DNA of 51,330 nucleotides, filler included, from Bipalium vagum (taxonomy: Eukaryota), in the NCBI GenBank assembly GCA_037834085.1. It is 3 parts of 3 records of this genome, joined end to end, with 100 filler letters (N's around TTAATTAATTAA, not from the genome) between each part and the next. Parts side by side here need not be neighbours in the genome. Positions count along the whole stretch, not along the records: positions 35,553 to 51,330 come from JBBMKC010146352.1; 2 more parts are not named here. The stretch is one strand, 5' to 3'. The position numbers and the translations under genes were made by a program. This document shows positions 36,373-50,559 of the stretch, in pieces. The notes beneath the pieces are model-generated. The model saw only the letters and a list, made by a program, of their open reading frames with translations. It was not told where the DNA came from and searched no databases. Within the stretch, counting starts at the first letter, position 1. The number at the start of each line of letters is the position of its first letter.

Positions 36373-39300
36373 TCAGTTAAGAAAAATTCTTCTTGGTTGA
36401 ACAGGTTCAAATTTGCAGTATGGACATTGTACAATCTCGTTGCTGCACGTGTCACAAATTGTGTGACCACATTCCAATGCCAAAGAAACGTCTCTGTCCC
36501 GACAAATTCCGCAAATAGGACCTTTTCCAACAATCTTTTCTTTTGGAGCATTCTTTTCGAAAAAACATTCTATTTCGTCTCTTATTTCTTGATCAAGACA
36601 AAACTCAATGGCTTTCCGTCCCTGGCGTGTGACGTGGTAAATATTTCCGCCTCTTACTGTTATGGCCTTAATTGCGTTCAGATATCCCAAGCGTCGATCC
36701 CGCTAAACAAAAATTAAGAAAATGTCTCACTTAACCATAATACCAATTACGTCATCGGTGTGCGATATCTTCTCAAACAATTGCATCAAAGCAGTTACGC
36801 CTTCGTTGTCTTCATTAACCAAATCATCCGTATCAAATATAAACTCAACCAAAAACTCCATCGCTTCGAACTCAATGGCCACTTGCAGAGGCGTTTGGTT
36901 TTTCTTGTTTTTCATATTGATATATTTTCTCTTGACTTTCTTTCTGTCAATGAGTGTTTTGCAGTAATCTTTTTTTTCTTTCAAAAATCGTGTCAAAAGA
37001 GTCTCTCCGTTTGGAAAACAAAGAGGAGACTTTATTTCAATATTCAGCAAACAATCAAAAGGTTCTTTTGCATCAAATTTCGCCAAATGATACAGACAAG
37101 ACTCTAAAACTATTTGCTGCACATTATCATAAGCCAGCACGACAAGGGATTTTAATAAATTTGTGCAATCTTCTCGAAGAGCCATTCCTATAATATCATC
37201 GGTAATGTGGGGCTTCAACTGACCCTCTGGATACTCATCCAGAACAGTTTGACAAAATCGATAAAAATTCCTTTTCAAAGCAATTTTCAAAAGGTCTTCA
37301 TCAATCTCCAATGATTGATTTTCTTCAGCGGTCAGAAAACCAAGCATCAATCTGACAAAAATATTTGTAATCAATATTCAATAATCAATTCTCAATAATA
37401 TTGAAATCAAATATAAAATTGACAAACCTTTCACAATTGAAGTTCGCAGCAATTTGGAAGACAGAGACATTTTCTTCAAAGCGCTTTCGAAGATCGTATC
37501 CAGACCGAACAAATAAATTCACCACTTTGATGATTTCCTCTTCATTCTAAAGCACATTGAGTTTTTGACAAAAAGGAATAGTTATCACTTCATTAAATTC
37601 TTGTTGATCCAGGCTGCAGAGCAAATCGAATAAAGCAGTCTTCCCTTGTTTATTGGTGGAGTTTACATTACTTCCAGCATTTATCAAAATATCACAGAGG
37701 TCGGGTTGTAACAGTCTCGCTGCCAAGTGAACCAAAGAGTTGCCTTCATCATCGGAACTATTCGACAAATCTGTATCCAATTTCTTAATGAAACAGGGGT
37801 ACATTGTCCTCTTCATTTTCATACATAATGTCAGACAGTTTTCTCTCCTGGACAGTGGAAGTGAGTCTTGAGGAAATGGAATTTCTGAAAAGTATAATAA
37901 TAAAATTTTAAAAAATAATCCAAACAAGAATAAAAAGAAAAACAATAAAAAAAAAATAAATATTAAATAATAAAAATACCTTTTCCCTCAGAAAATTTTT
38001 TTAGAGAACTGAAAGAAAAATAAAAGTTTTAATTGGAGAACCTGAAAACTCTTGTTACAAAACACCAGAGGAATATTATAATAAAAAATTGATTAATGAA
38101 ATATAATAATAATAATAATAATAATGACTTAATAATTAAATTTAAAAAGGAAAATATAAAATGGGAAGAAAATATTTCATATATTACCTTCATGTATTGA
38201 TTGCAATCTGCTCCTCTTTTAATCAACTCATCACAAAGCTTTTCGCACCCTTTCATCACAGCACAGTGCAGAGCACTTTGATACATCTTTAAAGGAAAAG
38301 TCATCAGATCAGTATTTTTTTAAAAAAAACCCCACAAATCCTGTTTCATTGATGTTTTCAATACGATCGATCAAGAATTGACAATGATCAATCATTCCAT
38401 TTGAAATGGCTTCGGACAAAGGACTTTCCAGGTACTAAACAAAACACACATTAAACTCTGCAATCAAAATGTTTGTAACGATAAACCTTGTTTCGAGTGG
38501 TGCAGTCAATGTGAAACTTCTCAAAGGCTGTGATACATTCTTCGTGGCATAAGCCAATGGCCAGCGCAAAAGCAGTTCCGAAATTCTGAAAATAAAGTAT
38601 GGCCAATAAAAATGAACGGCGTAGAAAATATTTCTGTCACTTCATGATTGAGGTTGGGGTCGACCTCACCTTTTCTCAAAATGAAGTCAATCATGTCTGG
38701 ATCGTTGTCGATGACAGCCGTGTGCAAAATCGATAAATTTGCCTTTAATCAAAAAGATGATTATCTGTATTAAAAAGGAAAAAATACAGAATTACTTTTC
38801 GTCTGTTCCTCAGCAAAGATTCTCTTTTCTTTATCAAGTCAAAGATCTGTCGATGGCCTTTGTTAAGAGCGATCCTTTTGGCCCTCTCCCATGTCTGAAA
38901 TAAGATGATATCGACAAAATAAAGACGTCTTCATTTCCTTAACAGTCCCACCTCTCTATCGAAAATGATCTTCTTTAAGATGTCATTCACGAAGACAAAA
39001 CTTCCGTGTTCCGCAGCCAGTTCCAAAAATGAGCCCTGGATAAAAATGGAAATCAATGAAAAATTTGTTTTGGAAATGTTTACAATTTGACGGTTGCCGT
39101 TGATGACTCTGGCACGACATGACAGTCGGAATCCCTCTTGGTGATGGTCTCTGATGGATTTGTGGAGCAGAACCTAAAAGGAGATCTCAGTAGTGTTGAT
39201 TCGCAAATGAATAACCTCTTGGCACGATTGAATATTTGTCGAATTCTCACCATCATCTTTCGACACTCGTTTAAGGTATCGAATTTCCTGCAAAAAATAA

Positions 39301-41456
39301 AATCAGAAAATCGATAAAACGTGTTAGGAGAATAATTGCTTCATCGATTGGTTTATCTGAAATAAATTTAACTATGTTGTCCGCTCGGCGTTCGAATATC
39401 ATCTGGAGCCAGGACTGTCTCGTCTAGAAAAGATATTGATTATCAATAACACCATCTTTCTCACTGGATCCATATTTACTTTGTCGTCAGCACTCAACAC
39501 CGCTCCACTAACATAAAGCTTAGCAAAGGTATTGGCATCATTATTTTCAATGGATTGTCGAATTTGTGACCTGACCAGCTTAATCGAAATTAGTTAGACT
39601 TAAGACGAAGTGTCCTCTCACATAAATTGATTTTATAACGGAAATTCGGTTTACACGAATATCTTAACATAAAAAATCGATCGTGATTCTGCCAAGAGAA
39701 TCCATCGTAAAACTTCGGTGTCTGTGAAAGTCTTTAAAAACGATAGATGACAAAAGAACTTTCGGAAATGAACTAAAAGATCGTTCGGCTCTTTTGATCT
39801 TTTTTTTTATTCACAAAACAAAAATAATCAATTTTTTGGCCAATTCTCCTTCCTTTTTCAGTTTGGGTTGAAGTAAACATTTGAGAGAGAATGAAGAACG
39901 GATGAAGAGAAGAAAAGAGAGCAAGAGACCGAACTTTATTTTCTTCTGCCAAAGCCGGTCTTACAGATTTCCCGTACAAAATCGATAAAGTTCTCATTGG
40001 GGTTTGCCAAAAGTGTTGCGAGAATCCGGCTTTTCAACAGAAGGAACGAAATAGATCCATTTCGGACCAGTTCCAAAACCCTTTGAAAATGAATGAAAAA
40101 TCAATGAAAAAAAATTTGATGGGAAACATCAATCACAAATCGATCTTGAGACAGAGAAAATAATAATATATAGAAAAATATTATTATTACTTTGATGGTT
40201 TGGATTAACTTTACAATTTTAGTGTGACCGCACTCTTCCGCCAAATCCAAAGGAGTTTTTCCGTCCTGCGAAAATAAAAAAATACGGTCAAATGAAACTG
40301 AGAATTTTTCAGAGAGAGAAAAAGGGAGAGAATGTCACCGCCGTAAAATTTGGGACCCCCCAATGTGAGACAGCACACACAGCCACTCGATATTTCGTTA
40401 TTGGAAAGAAAAAAGTTATTTGTGCCTAAACATTATTGGACTTACTGCGTTCTTGACATCGATTGTGCATTTTCTTATGATCAATAATTTCGCTATTTCT
40501 AAGTGACCATTCCAACACGCCAAATGGATCGGTCTCGATCCCTATAGTTAAAAATGGTCTTACTTCAAATCAAATCGTCGAAAATTAATTACATAAACGT
40601 TTTCGCATTCAATGTCACACTTTCGGTCGATCAATAATTTCGCAATTTCAAAGTGACCATTCTCACATACGGAATGTATTGGTCTCTCTTTCTGAAATAA
40701 AATTTTTTTTTATTATTCTTTTATAAATCCACGGTAATAAATTACATATTTCGTTTCACTTTCAATGTCGCATTTTTTGTCGATCGATAATAATTCCGCT
40801 ATTTCAAAGTGACCATTCCAGCACACCGTATGAATCGGTCTCGATCCCTAAAACAATTTTTTGTGATTCATTACTCAAATCCTCGATAATTGATTACATA
40901 TTTGTTCTCAATTTCGATGTCGCAATTTTGGTCGATCAATAATTTCACTATTTCAATGAGACCATTCCGACAAGTCACGTGAATCGGTCTGTCGTGCTAC
41001 AAAACAAAGTGACATTTTATGTCATTCAAGGCTTTCAATGATTATCAAAATTTGTATATATTCTCCAATCAACGATCGCCGATGAAATCACGATAAAAAT
41101 GTTTTAACAATTTGAGAAAGGAAATATCTTCAACCAAAAAATCATTTGGACGAATTTCCCAGATATCGATTTAGGTAAAACCCAAATTACCATTCCAACC
41201 TTCGTTGAAGAAACCGTGACAGAAAGGAAAGTGTGAGAATTCGACGACAATCTTCAAATAATAATCAAACTTAAAAGCACTAACAGCAAAGTCGTTGACG
41301 ATTCTCTCCACAAACGAAGGTTCGAAATGTTTCCTAACTTCGTCAACATCGCGCCTTCTCAAACTGGTTTTAAAATCTTTGAATTTCCTTTCGGACAGAG
41401 AAATCAATACGAAAATGAAAAACGAAAATCGATTACCGCTCTTCCATCATGTACAT
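36373..41456 (-). CDS. Multi-exon ankyrin-repeat protein with C-terminal C3HC4 RING (putative E3 ligase); some internal exons unresolved
   Basis: Ankyrin repeats RPIHLACWNGHLEIAKLLI, GKTPLDLA, ALHCAV, GNSLVHLAA, QTPLQVA; terminal CGIC..ECGHTICDTC..CPYC..RIFLN; ~50-bp GT-AG introns; start inferred at 41456. Confidence 0.8.
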
Positions 41457-41586
41457 CGGAAATGTATTTGTGGAAATGGAATCGATTTTTCTTTTGCGTC
41501 AAGGTTATCTGAATTCAATTCATCAAAAATCAATTAATAACAAAAAATAATCGTAAAATCAAAAATCGATGTTACTTTTTTATAAG

Positions 41587-41652
41587 TTTCTTAGCGTTCC
41601 TTAGCAATACAAAAAATAAGTTTGTTTCCGACTGAGATTTTGATTGGCGCCG
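41587..41652. promoter_or_regulatory. Candidate promoter motifs (X-box-like, CCAAT/E2F-like)
   Basis: GTTCCTTAGCAATAC and GATTGGCGCC 130-200 bp upstream of the ANK-RING start. Confidence 0.25.
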
Positions 41653-42920
41653 TAAACAGTTTTAAATATTTCACAGTATTAAAACAAAATCGATTATTAT
41701 TTTCCGCTTTCATTTATTGATAAAATTGATTTTGAAAAGAGAACGAAAAATGACATTAAAACCATGTTGCAAGGTAATATTTTTATAAAATTATGAAATT
41801 CACACTCTAAGACCGTTGTTAGACCTTTATTTATTATATCTTTTCTCAAATCTTCCTTCACCGCTCACTTTTTTTTCACTGTTTCCTAAAAATGTCAAAT
41901 CTTTACCATTTTGAAATAAATCGATAACGTCGAGTCCACTTTCTTCTGCGTGATTCAAATTCGATAATTCTGTGGAAAAGTGTTACTTATTTTAGAAATG
42001 TCTTCGCTTTCGTTCAATTGGTCCGATCTTTTTTCGATGCTGAAGAATTATTCGTTGACATTTTTCAATGCTGTTTTCGTTGTTCCTCACTTTTCTCATT
42101 TTTAAATCGACCTTTAATTTTATATCTTTTCTATTTCTTCAATTTTATATTTTTCAGAAAAAATTGATTTTTGTTTTTAGATTTTCATTATTTTTAAAAG
42201 AAAAAGGTAGGAGAAGTAAAAAAATATTGAGTACTTGTGAGTGTCGGTCTTTGAGGAGAGGAGAACGTTCTCATTCTTTTCGAACAGCGATTCATACTGA
42301 GTTGGAGAGAAAAGAAGGAGAACGTGTTCCATTTTAGTTTAATGTTATGTTGTTGGGAGAGCAGTAACGAGAATCAAATAAAAAGCTGGGCTCTCTTCTC
42401 AAACAATGATATTCTCAACGTCTTACGTACCTTTTACCAACAACTTACGATCAAGCGAACAGGTTATCCATATCAAAATATGTGGCAAACTGGCGCTTGA
42501 CGACCCTGGTCTACGGACGAAACCAACCCAGGAAGGCGTCAAAATTTTCAGATTAAGTTTCGACTGACAAACGTGAAAACGCTTCATTGTCGAGGTCGAT
42601 TTGAGGGACTTAAATATTCCTTTGCTTTCAGGAAAGGTTTCATAGCAAACAGTTTATTATTATTATGTTATGATTCTCATATAATATTTTAGAGGGGGTT
42701 GTGGGGATTCATTCCGTGTCCTTCTGGAGTTTTTCTGACTTGCATCTCCAGAATCTTCAAAGCTTGCAAGCAGTTGGGGTAAAACGCTCATCTTTCTTTG
42801 TCAGTAAACCTCAACTGATTTTTCTCTTTTGTCTTCGATTTTATTGGCTCAAATTGAAACAATTATCAAAACGGAAAATAATACTGGACTTCATGGTTGA
42901 ATGGTCGTCATTTTTTGAAA

Positions 42921-43730
42921 ATGAGAATTTGGATTTTGTCTCTCTTGGCGTTTCACCTCTCATGGCCCACAGGGTCCGAGATTTCGTTGGAGTGCAGCTT
43001 CCGCAGCCTCCTTCAACAGAGAAGATTCTTCTTCATCAGAAATGGATCCTGCATCATTCCTCAATCAAAGTCGTCTCAATTTCCAACATTCGTGTCACAA
43101 AATACCTACACTGTGCCCTCAGAAGGGTATACTTTATTGAGAATTCTGTCTGGCTCAGGCGATGATCCCTACCTACTTTATATAAACTTTGGATCAAAGG
43201 ACCGAAGTCAAACTTTGCACAATGAAACACAGAATTACCGAAGTGTTCTCTTGGATGAATGGCAGAACCTAAGACCCCTTCAAATGAAAATCTCAGCAAG
43301 AGACTACTCTGGAGAGGTCGTGGTGAAATTAGTTTTCAATGTCAGCGAGTCAGACAGTCTTTTGTCCTGGTTTAACAAAGCAAACTTAGCCGAGTCCTCT
43401 CCATGGGACATTGGGTATTTAAAAAGAATCAAGTACAATTACTTTGGCATCGACGGTCTCCCGATGAGCGACCCTACCAAAAGAAGATTTTATATAAACC
43501 AAGATTTTAATGGATGTTCCGAAGACAACGGATTTTTTTCTGTCAATGTCATCGATGTTTGCACCTATGCAATGTTCTGGTCAAACAAAACAAGGTTTGT
43601 CTACCCTCAGATTTTGTATGTCCGCAAAGGAGGCCCACGAATCCTCCCAAGCTGGGGCAAGTTTGCAACTCCAGCAAGAGATATGAAGGTGGTCGGCCTC
43701 TATGATCCAAACGTCATTATTTACATCTGA
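42921..43730 (+). CDS. Intronless secreted protein (269 aa) with an uncharacterised invertebrate extracellular domain
   Basis: Signal-like MRIWILSLLAFHLSWPTGS; long open frame; motif series YRS.LLDEW..SWF..S.W..N.F.I.G..RRFYIN..GC..D.G..P..LY. Confidence 0.75.
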   Translation: MRIWILSLLAFHLSWPTGSEISLECSFRSLLQQRRFFFIRNGSCIIPQSKSSQFPTFVSQNTYTVPSEGYTLLRILSGSGDDPYLLYINFGSKDRSQTLHNETQNYRSVLLDEWQNLRPLQMKISARDYSGEVVVKLVFNVSESDSLLSWFNKANLAESSPWDIGYLKRIKYNYFGIDGLPMSDPTKRRFYINQDFNGCSEDNGFFSVNVIDVCTYAMFWSNKTRFVYPQILYVRKGGPRILPSWGKFATPARDMKVVGLYDPNVIIYI

Positions 43731-46700
43731 GCACTTTGGTTACCAATGACAACGACTTATTGATTAACTTCATTATTAATGTGACTTTATTAATTAATTT
43801 ATTCCACTTAGTCTTACTTCTCTCAAAGCTTTACTTAATTTGTCTTTTCTCATTTCGTTCGTCCTTTTCCTCTTTCGCCCTTTTTTGATGACCGGAAGTG
43901 TCTCATTTGTCATTCAACAATGTTTTTGATTTAAATTAAATAATTATTGAGTTTTAATTAATGAAATTGTGCAACTCGGAACAGATGTACGTCCATTATG
44001 AAAACATTTTTAACATGAAATAATGGTTAAAACAAATATAACCAAAGAACAACTTGTGTATGTTCTGGGACAAATTGAGGGTGTAGAAAGATATTTGAGA
44101 TTCCCACGATTTATAATATTAATTTAATAATATTAGGAATTGTTTGTTTAAATAATCATTTTACATTTCAGCGATATTTCAAAATATGAACATCGAAAAA
44201 ATACACCCACCCATGTCAAGCCTTTGACAGCCAGAGAGGCACTCAAAGCTTTCCAAAGGATCTGATTTATAGAAATAATAAATTCCGAGCAGATAATTAT
44301 TTTTCTCTCTTTATTAATCTTAAATAAGAATATGGGCAGAATGGATTGGCAGTGCAGTCCATGGATATACAAAATCAGTTAAAATGAAACGGCATTTTAT
44401 GACGACATATGTTACTGGATTGTGAGTGCTTGGGAGTATGTTTTAAGCACATGTGTTATAAATGGATTAACGGACAATTCGATCGATCCATTAAATGTTT
44501 CTATATATATTTAATTGATTATTTGATTGTTATTTTATTTGATCGATTGACCTTTTCATTTGATTATCGGGGTTTAGAACATTCGATCAAATTTTGAATT
44601 TTATTGTTTGAATTAAACAAAGTTTTAATGCCATTATTTGGATTCAAATAAATTGGAACACGTTGTTAACGAAAGTGAAAGAGTCAGTAAAAATGTCGAG
44701 CTAAGCGTAACGCAACAGTGAAAATGAACCATAAAAGCATACTTATAATTTGAAAGTAGAATAAATGTCACCATTTTCAGTAACCATGGAAATATTTTGT
44801 AAAGTTTTGAAATAAACATCCGAAATTATTATTATTATTGTTTTAACTTTATTTTAATGCGGAGAAGTCAAAATTCTTCCTCATAAAGATATTGATTTCA
44901 TGACAAAAGAGAATGTGGACCCAACAGTGTCTTCTAAAGGATGTTTCCCAGGAAGAGCAAAAACATGAAAAAAGATTGATGAATGCGGACTGTACACCTT
45001 GACCTTTGTCATCTTAAGTGATCAACAATCTCTAAAATGAAGTAATTAAAAAGCTTTATCTCTCCACAGAAGAAAAGGAAAGAAAGCGCTACCCCTTTGG
45101 GAATACTTATCTGAAGCGAAGTGAAGTCATTTCTTTGTTCTCACTTGTACTAGAAGGAGGTTGTTATTATTAAATAAAATAATTCTTCATTTTATTTCGT
45201 GCAAAGTTATCCTGGGTGTCTCACAAAGATTTCGTCATTGTAAAGAGGATTAAGGAGATGAAAATGAAAAGAATGTCCTTTTTTATCGCTGAATTCTCCA
45301 GCGAATGCAAAAAACAACAACAAAAACCATAATAATGGCTGGGGTTACGTATTATTGTTCTGAAATAATTGAGACCATTTATATCATTGAGAGGAGGAAT
45401 CGCATTTTTTCATACTCCTCCTGATCAGTTGAAAGTAGTATGTTTTTGGGTTTTAAGGTCCAAAGTGGTACGAAAACCATTAAGCGAATCAATACACAAA
45501 ATTGACTCTGAAAATGTCTTAATTATCGAGTCGGCTTTGGAAAGCTTAGGAGTGTTCTGGTGCAATGCGGAAATAGGTTTTCTGCCTAAACTTTTACAAA
45601 TACTTACGTTCAATGGGTGACGAGGAAAGACCTCTTTACTCAGAGGTACAGGAGCAAGATGCCCACCCATTGACAAGACGTTTGTGTATTGATTTTCAAC
45701 ACAGTTAAGGAAGGAAGTATAATAAAAGCGAAACATGATTGTGGTATCATTAATGAAAGTTGTGTAAAAAAAAACTACCAGTAAGCTAACCAAACTTCCG
45801 ACCGACTCCATACACTATAGGTTGTGTTCATATTCTTACAAGAATGACAACAAGGATTCTTTTCGACTCAGATTCGGTCACACAAAAAATTGTTAAGTAA
45901 AACCATTCCTGATTTGCAACAGTTCCACATTGAATTTATTCAGTAACAGAGTCAGAGTGGGTGGTGGGCTAAAAGTCAATATGATCCCGATCATAATAAT
46001 TGGACGGTGCTAAAACTCGGTGAAGGGTAGAAATCGTTTTGTGAGACTTCTGTTGTGGGGAATAGTAATAATAATCGAGAAATTTTTGAATAAATTCTCA
46101 TAGGTGGAGAAGGGAGAAGGAGTTGAGTTGAGAGTGTGGAAATTTATTTGTGAAAAGTGTTAAACTTTGTTGACCACTGTCGCCTTTTATCAGTAAGAGC
46201 AATTTTCAAGGAATAACATAATATGCTGCCCAATCTTCCAAATCAACTTGAAACAGTTTGCAAAAGAGAAATCTGAAAAATGAGGATGAATTGATGAGTG
46301 AAAGAAAAAGGTTTCAAAGGAAGTACTCTTCCTGAGACTTAGACACCAACCTGGAAATATACTTGATAATAAACCTTATGTGAGAAGATTTTTTTGTCCA
46401 AAAAGGCTTAATAAAATTGAAAAGCTTTTACTTCACGTAAACAAAATTCCTGGATGAAAAGCGTAAATGTTGGTCGAGCTTAGTTTATTCGTGAAAGTAA
46501 CTCTTCTTCATTCATTAATTGAATTGGTTTAGGTTGGTTTTGTAATATGCTGTCCCTGTCAAATGAGTAAAACAGTATAACTAATATTGGCCCTAAGACA
46601 GTCTCACAATATCAAAATAAAAAGAGTCGTGTTACCTTCTACAAATGTCAGTAGTTAGAGAAAGGGTGGACGCTTTCATTAAAACTATATTAATTTTATT

Positions 46701-47699
46701 TAGACTTATTTAAAAACAGTTTATTAAAATAACTCAATTTAGTTGTTGTTTTAAAATATTATTTAATTAAGTAACTATGGTAACCATGTGGAGTTTGAAT
46801 TTTTATTTTATTGTTACTTTATAATATACAACGAATCATATCTTCTCGGCTTCAATTGGAATTAATAACTTTTTTGCGATAGATTTAATAAAAATATTAC
46901 TAATTAAAGATCCTTAACCATCAAAAACGTTTCAATTTTAGTACACAACTTTTATTAAAACATGTAAAAGTAAACACTTGGTAACATTATGTGCGAAGAA
47001 ACATCCGAAAGAAAGGGTGGAAATTTATTAAGAATTTGTATCGGTTTTTGGTTTTCGGTTTTTTCTCGTTCTCGTTCACTTTCTGTAGAGATCCGGCCTA
47101 AAAAAGAGAGCATTAATTAATTTTCAAAAGGTTGAGGAAGTTTTGATGAACGAAATGAGCTCAGAATGAACCGAATCATCAAATCCCTTTATGCCTGGGG
47201 CGGTAATGGTCATCACTTCCAAGGGTTGTCGTAACAGTTAAAAGAAATGAGAACGAACCTCAGAGAAGTTATTTTCTGATCACAGCCAATGGTCATTGTC
47301 TTCTTTCAGTTCAGACGGTACTTCAAATGACAAATCGAGTGAATTTTGAAATGTGCTCTTTTATATTTTTCATTTTATTTAAACAAATTTTTTTAAAAAA
47401 TAATTAAATTTTTTCATTAATCAATTTATACCGCCAAAAAGTGATCCCATTCACGATCCAATAAAATCGATTAAATTTTTTAAACAAATTTTCATTTTTT
47501 ATTGCGTCTAATCAAAAAAAGAGCCGAATGTAAAATCACTCCGGACTATATATTTTCAACCATTACTTGTTGGGAGGTATCTCAGTCCGTGGTTCTTGCA
47601 ATACTCAGCCAAATTCATGTAAGATCAATTTTTTATAAATGGAAGATCAATATTGTGAAATATTTCTTAGAAAAACAAAGGCTATCATGAAGATGCAAT

Positions 47700-50200
47700 A
47701 AAACATGAGAGAAGACGACAACGACCAAACATCAACGAAAAAGTACAGCAAAGAGCAATAAAAAATATTAAAGACTCAAGGAATCCAAGAAAAATATCCA
47801 GTGTTTTTTTTTAAAAAAAAAAAGGAAGAGATTTACAATCACCAATTATGAATTATAATCTTTACATAAATTTACCACGGGAAAATATCCAGGAGAACTA
47901 CATTTAAGACGTTTAAATTCGCTGAATAACTCAAATATTGGGAGAAGAGGTTTTCATGATTTGAACTTGAAAGAGCTGCAAATTGGCATTATTGCAAATA
48001 CAAAATTATTTGGAAACTCAACATTTCTCCCTCTCACAAAGTAACGAAAACAATTAGCAAACAACCCTTAAGAATTCAGAAAACCCAAACAAAATTTTAA
48101 GTTAAAAAAGATGACATTTGGTCTGCAGATTTAACCTGTGTACTAGGTGAAAAAGAATGCAGAATAATTCTAACAGTTATCGATTTACACCAACATACTT
48201 TTTGTGTTCCTTTAAAAAATAAAACAAGTCAATTAATAACGGATTGCAAACCGATACCAACATATTTTGAAAGCCTACTAAAAAACGAGCACATATATAA
48301 AAACAAACACAAAATGAACACCCGTAAACTTTGCCAATAAAAATCGTTTTTTCCCTCCATTTCTTCAAAGTTCTGTTTTCAAATATTGTACATATTAAAA
48401 ATTAAATTCTCTTTCAGATGGTATGATGCTCGGTTTGATCCAATCATTTTTAAGATCAATTTTTTGATTTTTTTGATTTTTCTAACACTGCTGAAAGTAA
48501 ATCGGAGACATTTATCATTTTATAATGATTATCAGTATACAATTCTCTATCTCATTGTACAAAACGTTTTATTCTCAGATTCATTGTTTCAATACAATAT
48601 TGATTTTTATATGTATCTTATGTAGGTAACTTTTCCTTATAAATCATTTAGATTGTGAATTTATAGGTTTCATAGGTTTTAAGATGCTCGTTTCAATGGA
48701 GTCAAAATAAATTTAATAAATAAATTGCTTTCGAATACATGGAAAATTTTCGAGTTTCACACGTAGCCTAATGAAAAGACACTAAAAAACTTATTAAAGT
48801 TTTGTTGAAGAAATATTAAACTACATACAAAGGTCTAACAGAAAAATCTCAGTAAAGCTGGTAAGACCATAGATGAATGAAAACCGAAAGAGATAACACC
48901 AGGACCAGGGATTTATTATTTTGGAAAAGGATTAAGAGACACGATTTGAAATAATTGTGAATATAAAAGTTTAAAGAAATCAGGAAGAAAATGACTTTAA
49001 AAATGATGACTGAGACTGAGTAAAAGTAAAGCCAACTTTGTAAAATAAGAAAGTGGTTCATTTTTTGACCTTCATGAGAAAATTAAATATTTTTCTCAAT
49101 TTATTCTCACAATTGTCTCCATTTAATGCAACAAAAATCAATTTTTACCTTTTGACTCTTATTTAAATTGAAATACAAATGTTGGTTTAAGTTTTCTTTT
49201 TTAAAAAGCGGTAAGAATAACGAGTACAAAAATGATTGAAAAACTTACGGTTGTTGATGAAATGTTGTTCTTGGGAAATCTTTTTCATAACGTTGTGTAA
49301 TTATGATTTAGAAAATACAAGAGAAGAACTAGACGAGCTTCCTGAACTGAAATTAAAAAGGAGATTTCGGAGGTATACAGGCAGTATTGATTCATATTTC
49401 CTTTTTAAAAATGTTATTTGAATTTTTATGTGAGTTAGGAATCAATAGAACTACAACTTTCGTTTCACCTGACTTTGCTGTAGATTTGGAAATGTATTTA
49501 AAAGTCTCAATGAAAGATGAGATTACTGAAGAAGCATAAAATCTGAAACACCTCTAATCATTAATAATCAAAAAACAAATCTAAAAGGGGTTCATTTGGT
49601 TGGATATTTTAAAAACTTTTACTTTGATTCTTATGGTTCACCCCCACTTGAAAAATTAAAAGGGCATGTGAAAGACAATTACAAGGAATCTGAACCAAAA
49701 AGAGAAATAAGCTTAGGTTATTGTGGACAGTTGACTTTCAGTATTATTTACTTTAAATATACTAATGGAAACCTTAAAGATATTACAAGTGAAGAAGACA
49801 AACTACTTGACATTATATATTGACAAGTTGACAATAACTTTTGAATATTATCGAATCTTTCAAGACTTTCTCGCGTTCCTCTAAAAAAAATTCCTTTAAT
49901 CTTTTGCATAAGAAAATCGGATTTAGTTCATAACTCGTTGATAATTTCTTTCCAGTTTTAAATGGTCTTAAATGTATCCCATTTCAAAGACTTTTAATTG
50001 ATTCTCATCATCAACAACATGAAATAATCTTGGAAGTGGTATAACATGGTCTGGGTACCAATGACTACCCTGGTTATTCAAATCACTCCATCGTTACTTT
50101 GAAATTCAATCCAAGATGGGGTGTGCTTGAGGGATGTTACATATCCCGTATAACATCTTTCACAGGAATCATTAAACCCTAGTATTGATCCTTGAAAGAA
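47700..50200. mobile_element. Decayed Polinton/Maverick
   Basis: PLA2X-like start KFTTGKYPGELHL (~47865,+); integrase FRKPK..DDIWSADL (48070-48133,+); adenain-like protease IINN..GVHLVG..YFDSYGSPP..YCG (49555-49823,+); HNH/EndoVII-like WIEFQ..HWYPDHVIP..ENQLKVF (49960-50195,-). Confidence 0.7.
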
Positions 50201-50559
50201 AAGTTGTTATATATACTTTTATATCTTTCATTTTTCCATTTAAACCTTACCAATTTTCCAAAGAGAATTTTTGAAAGGGTAAATTTGAAAAATGGATAAC
50301 CTTAGTTTTTTAAGGTCTCCTTGTTTTTATGATGATTACAAAAATAGAAATGAAAGAAAATAAGTAAAAGAAGAAATTACTTTTGTTCCAAATTAATCTG
50401 AAAATATGTTTTCTTTCATTAATATTTTAAAAATGGTACTTGTAAAGTTTTTAGGAATGGAAAAGGTTTTTCGTTACTTTTGTCCAGTAATAATACAGAT
50501 AATTTTACTAAAATCATTTGAAGGTTGACATCGAAGAAGAATAACATTGACTGAAGAAG

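Noticed and set aside
44850-46700. Possible decayed GPCR (FCKL, hydrophobic segments, TM7-like stretch) on the minus strand
   Set aside because: Could not assemble a consistent frame or exon chain
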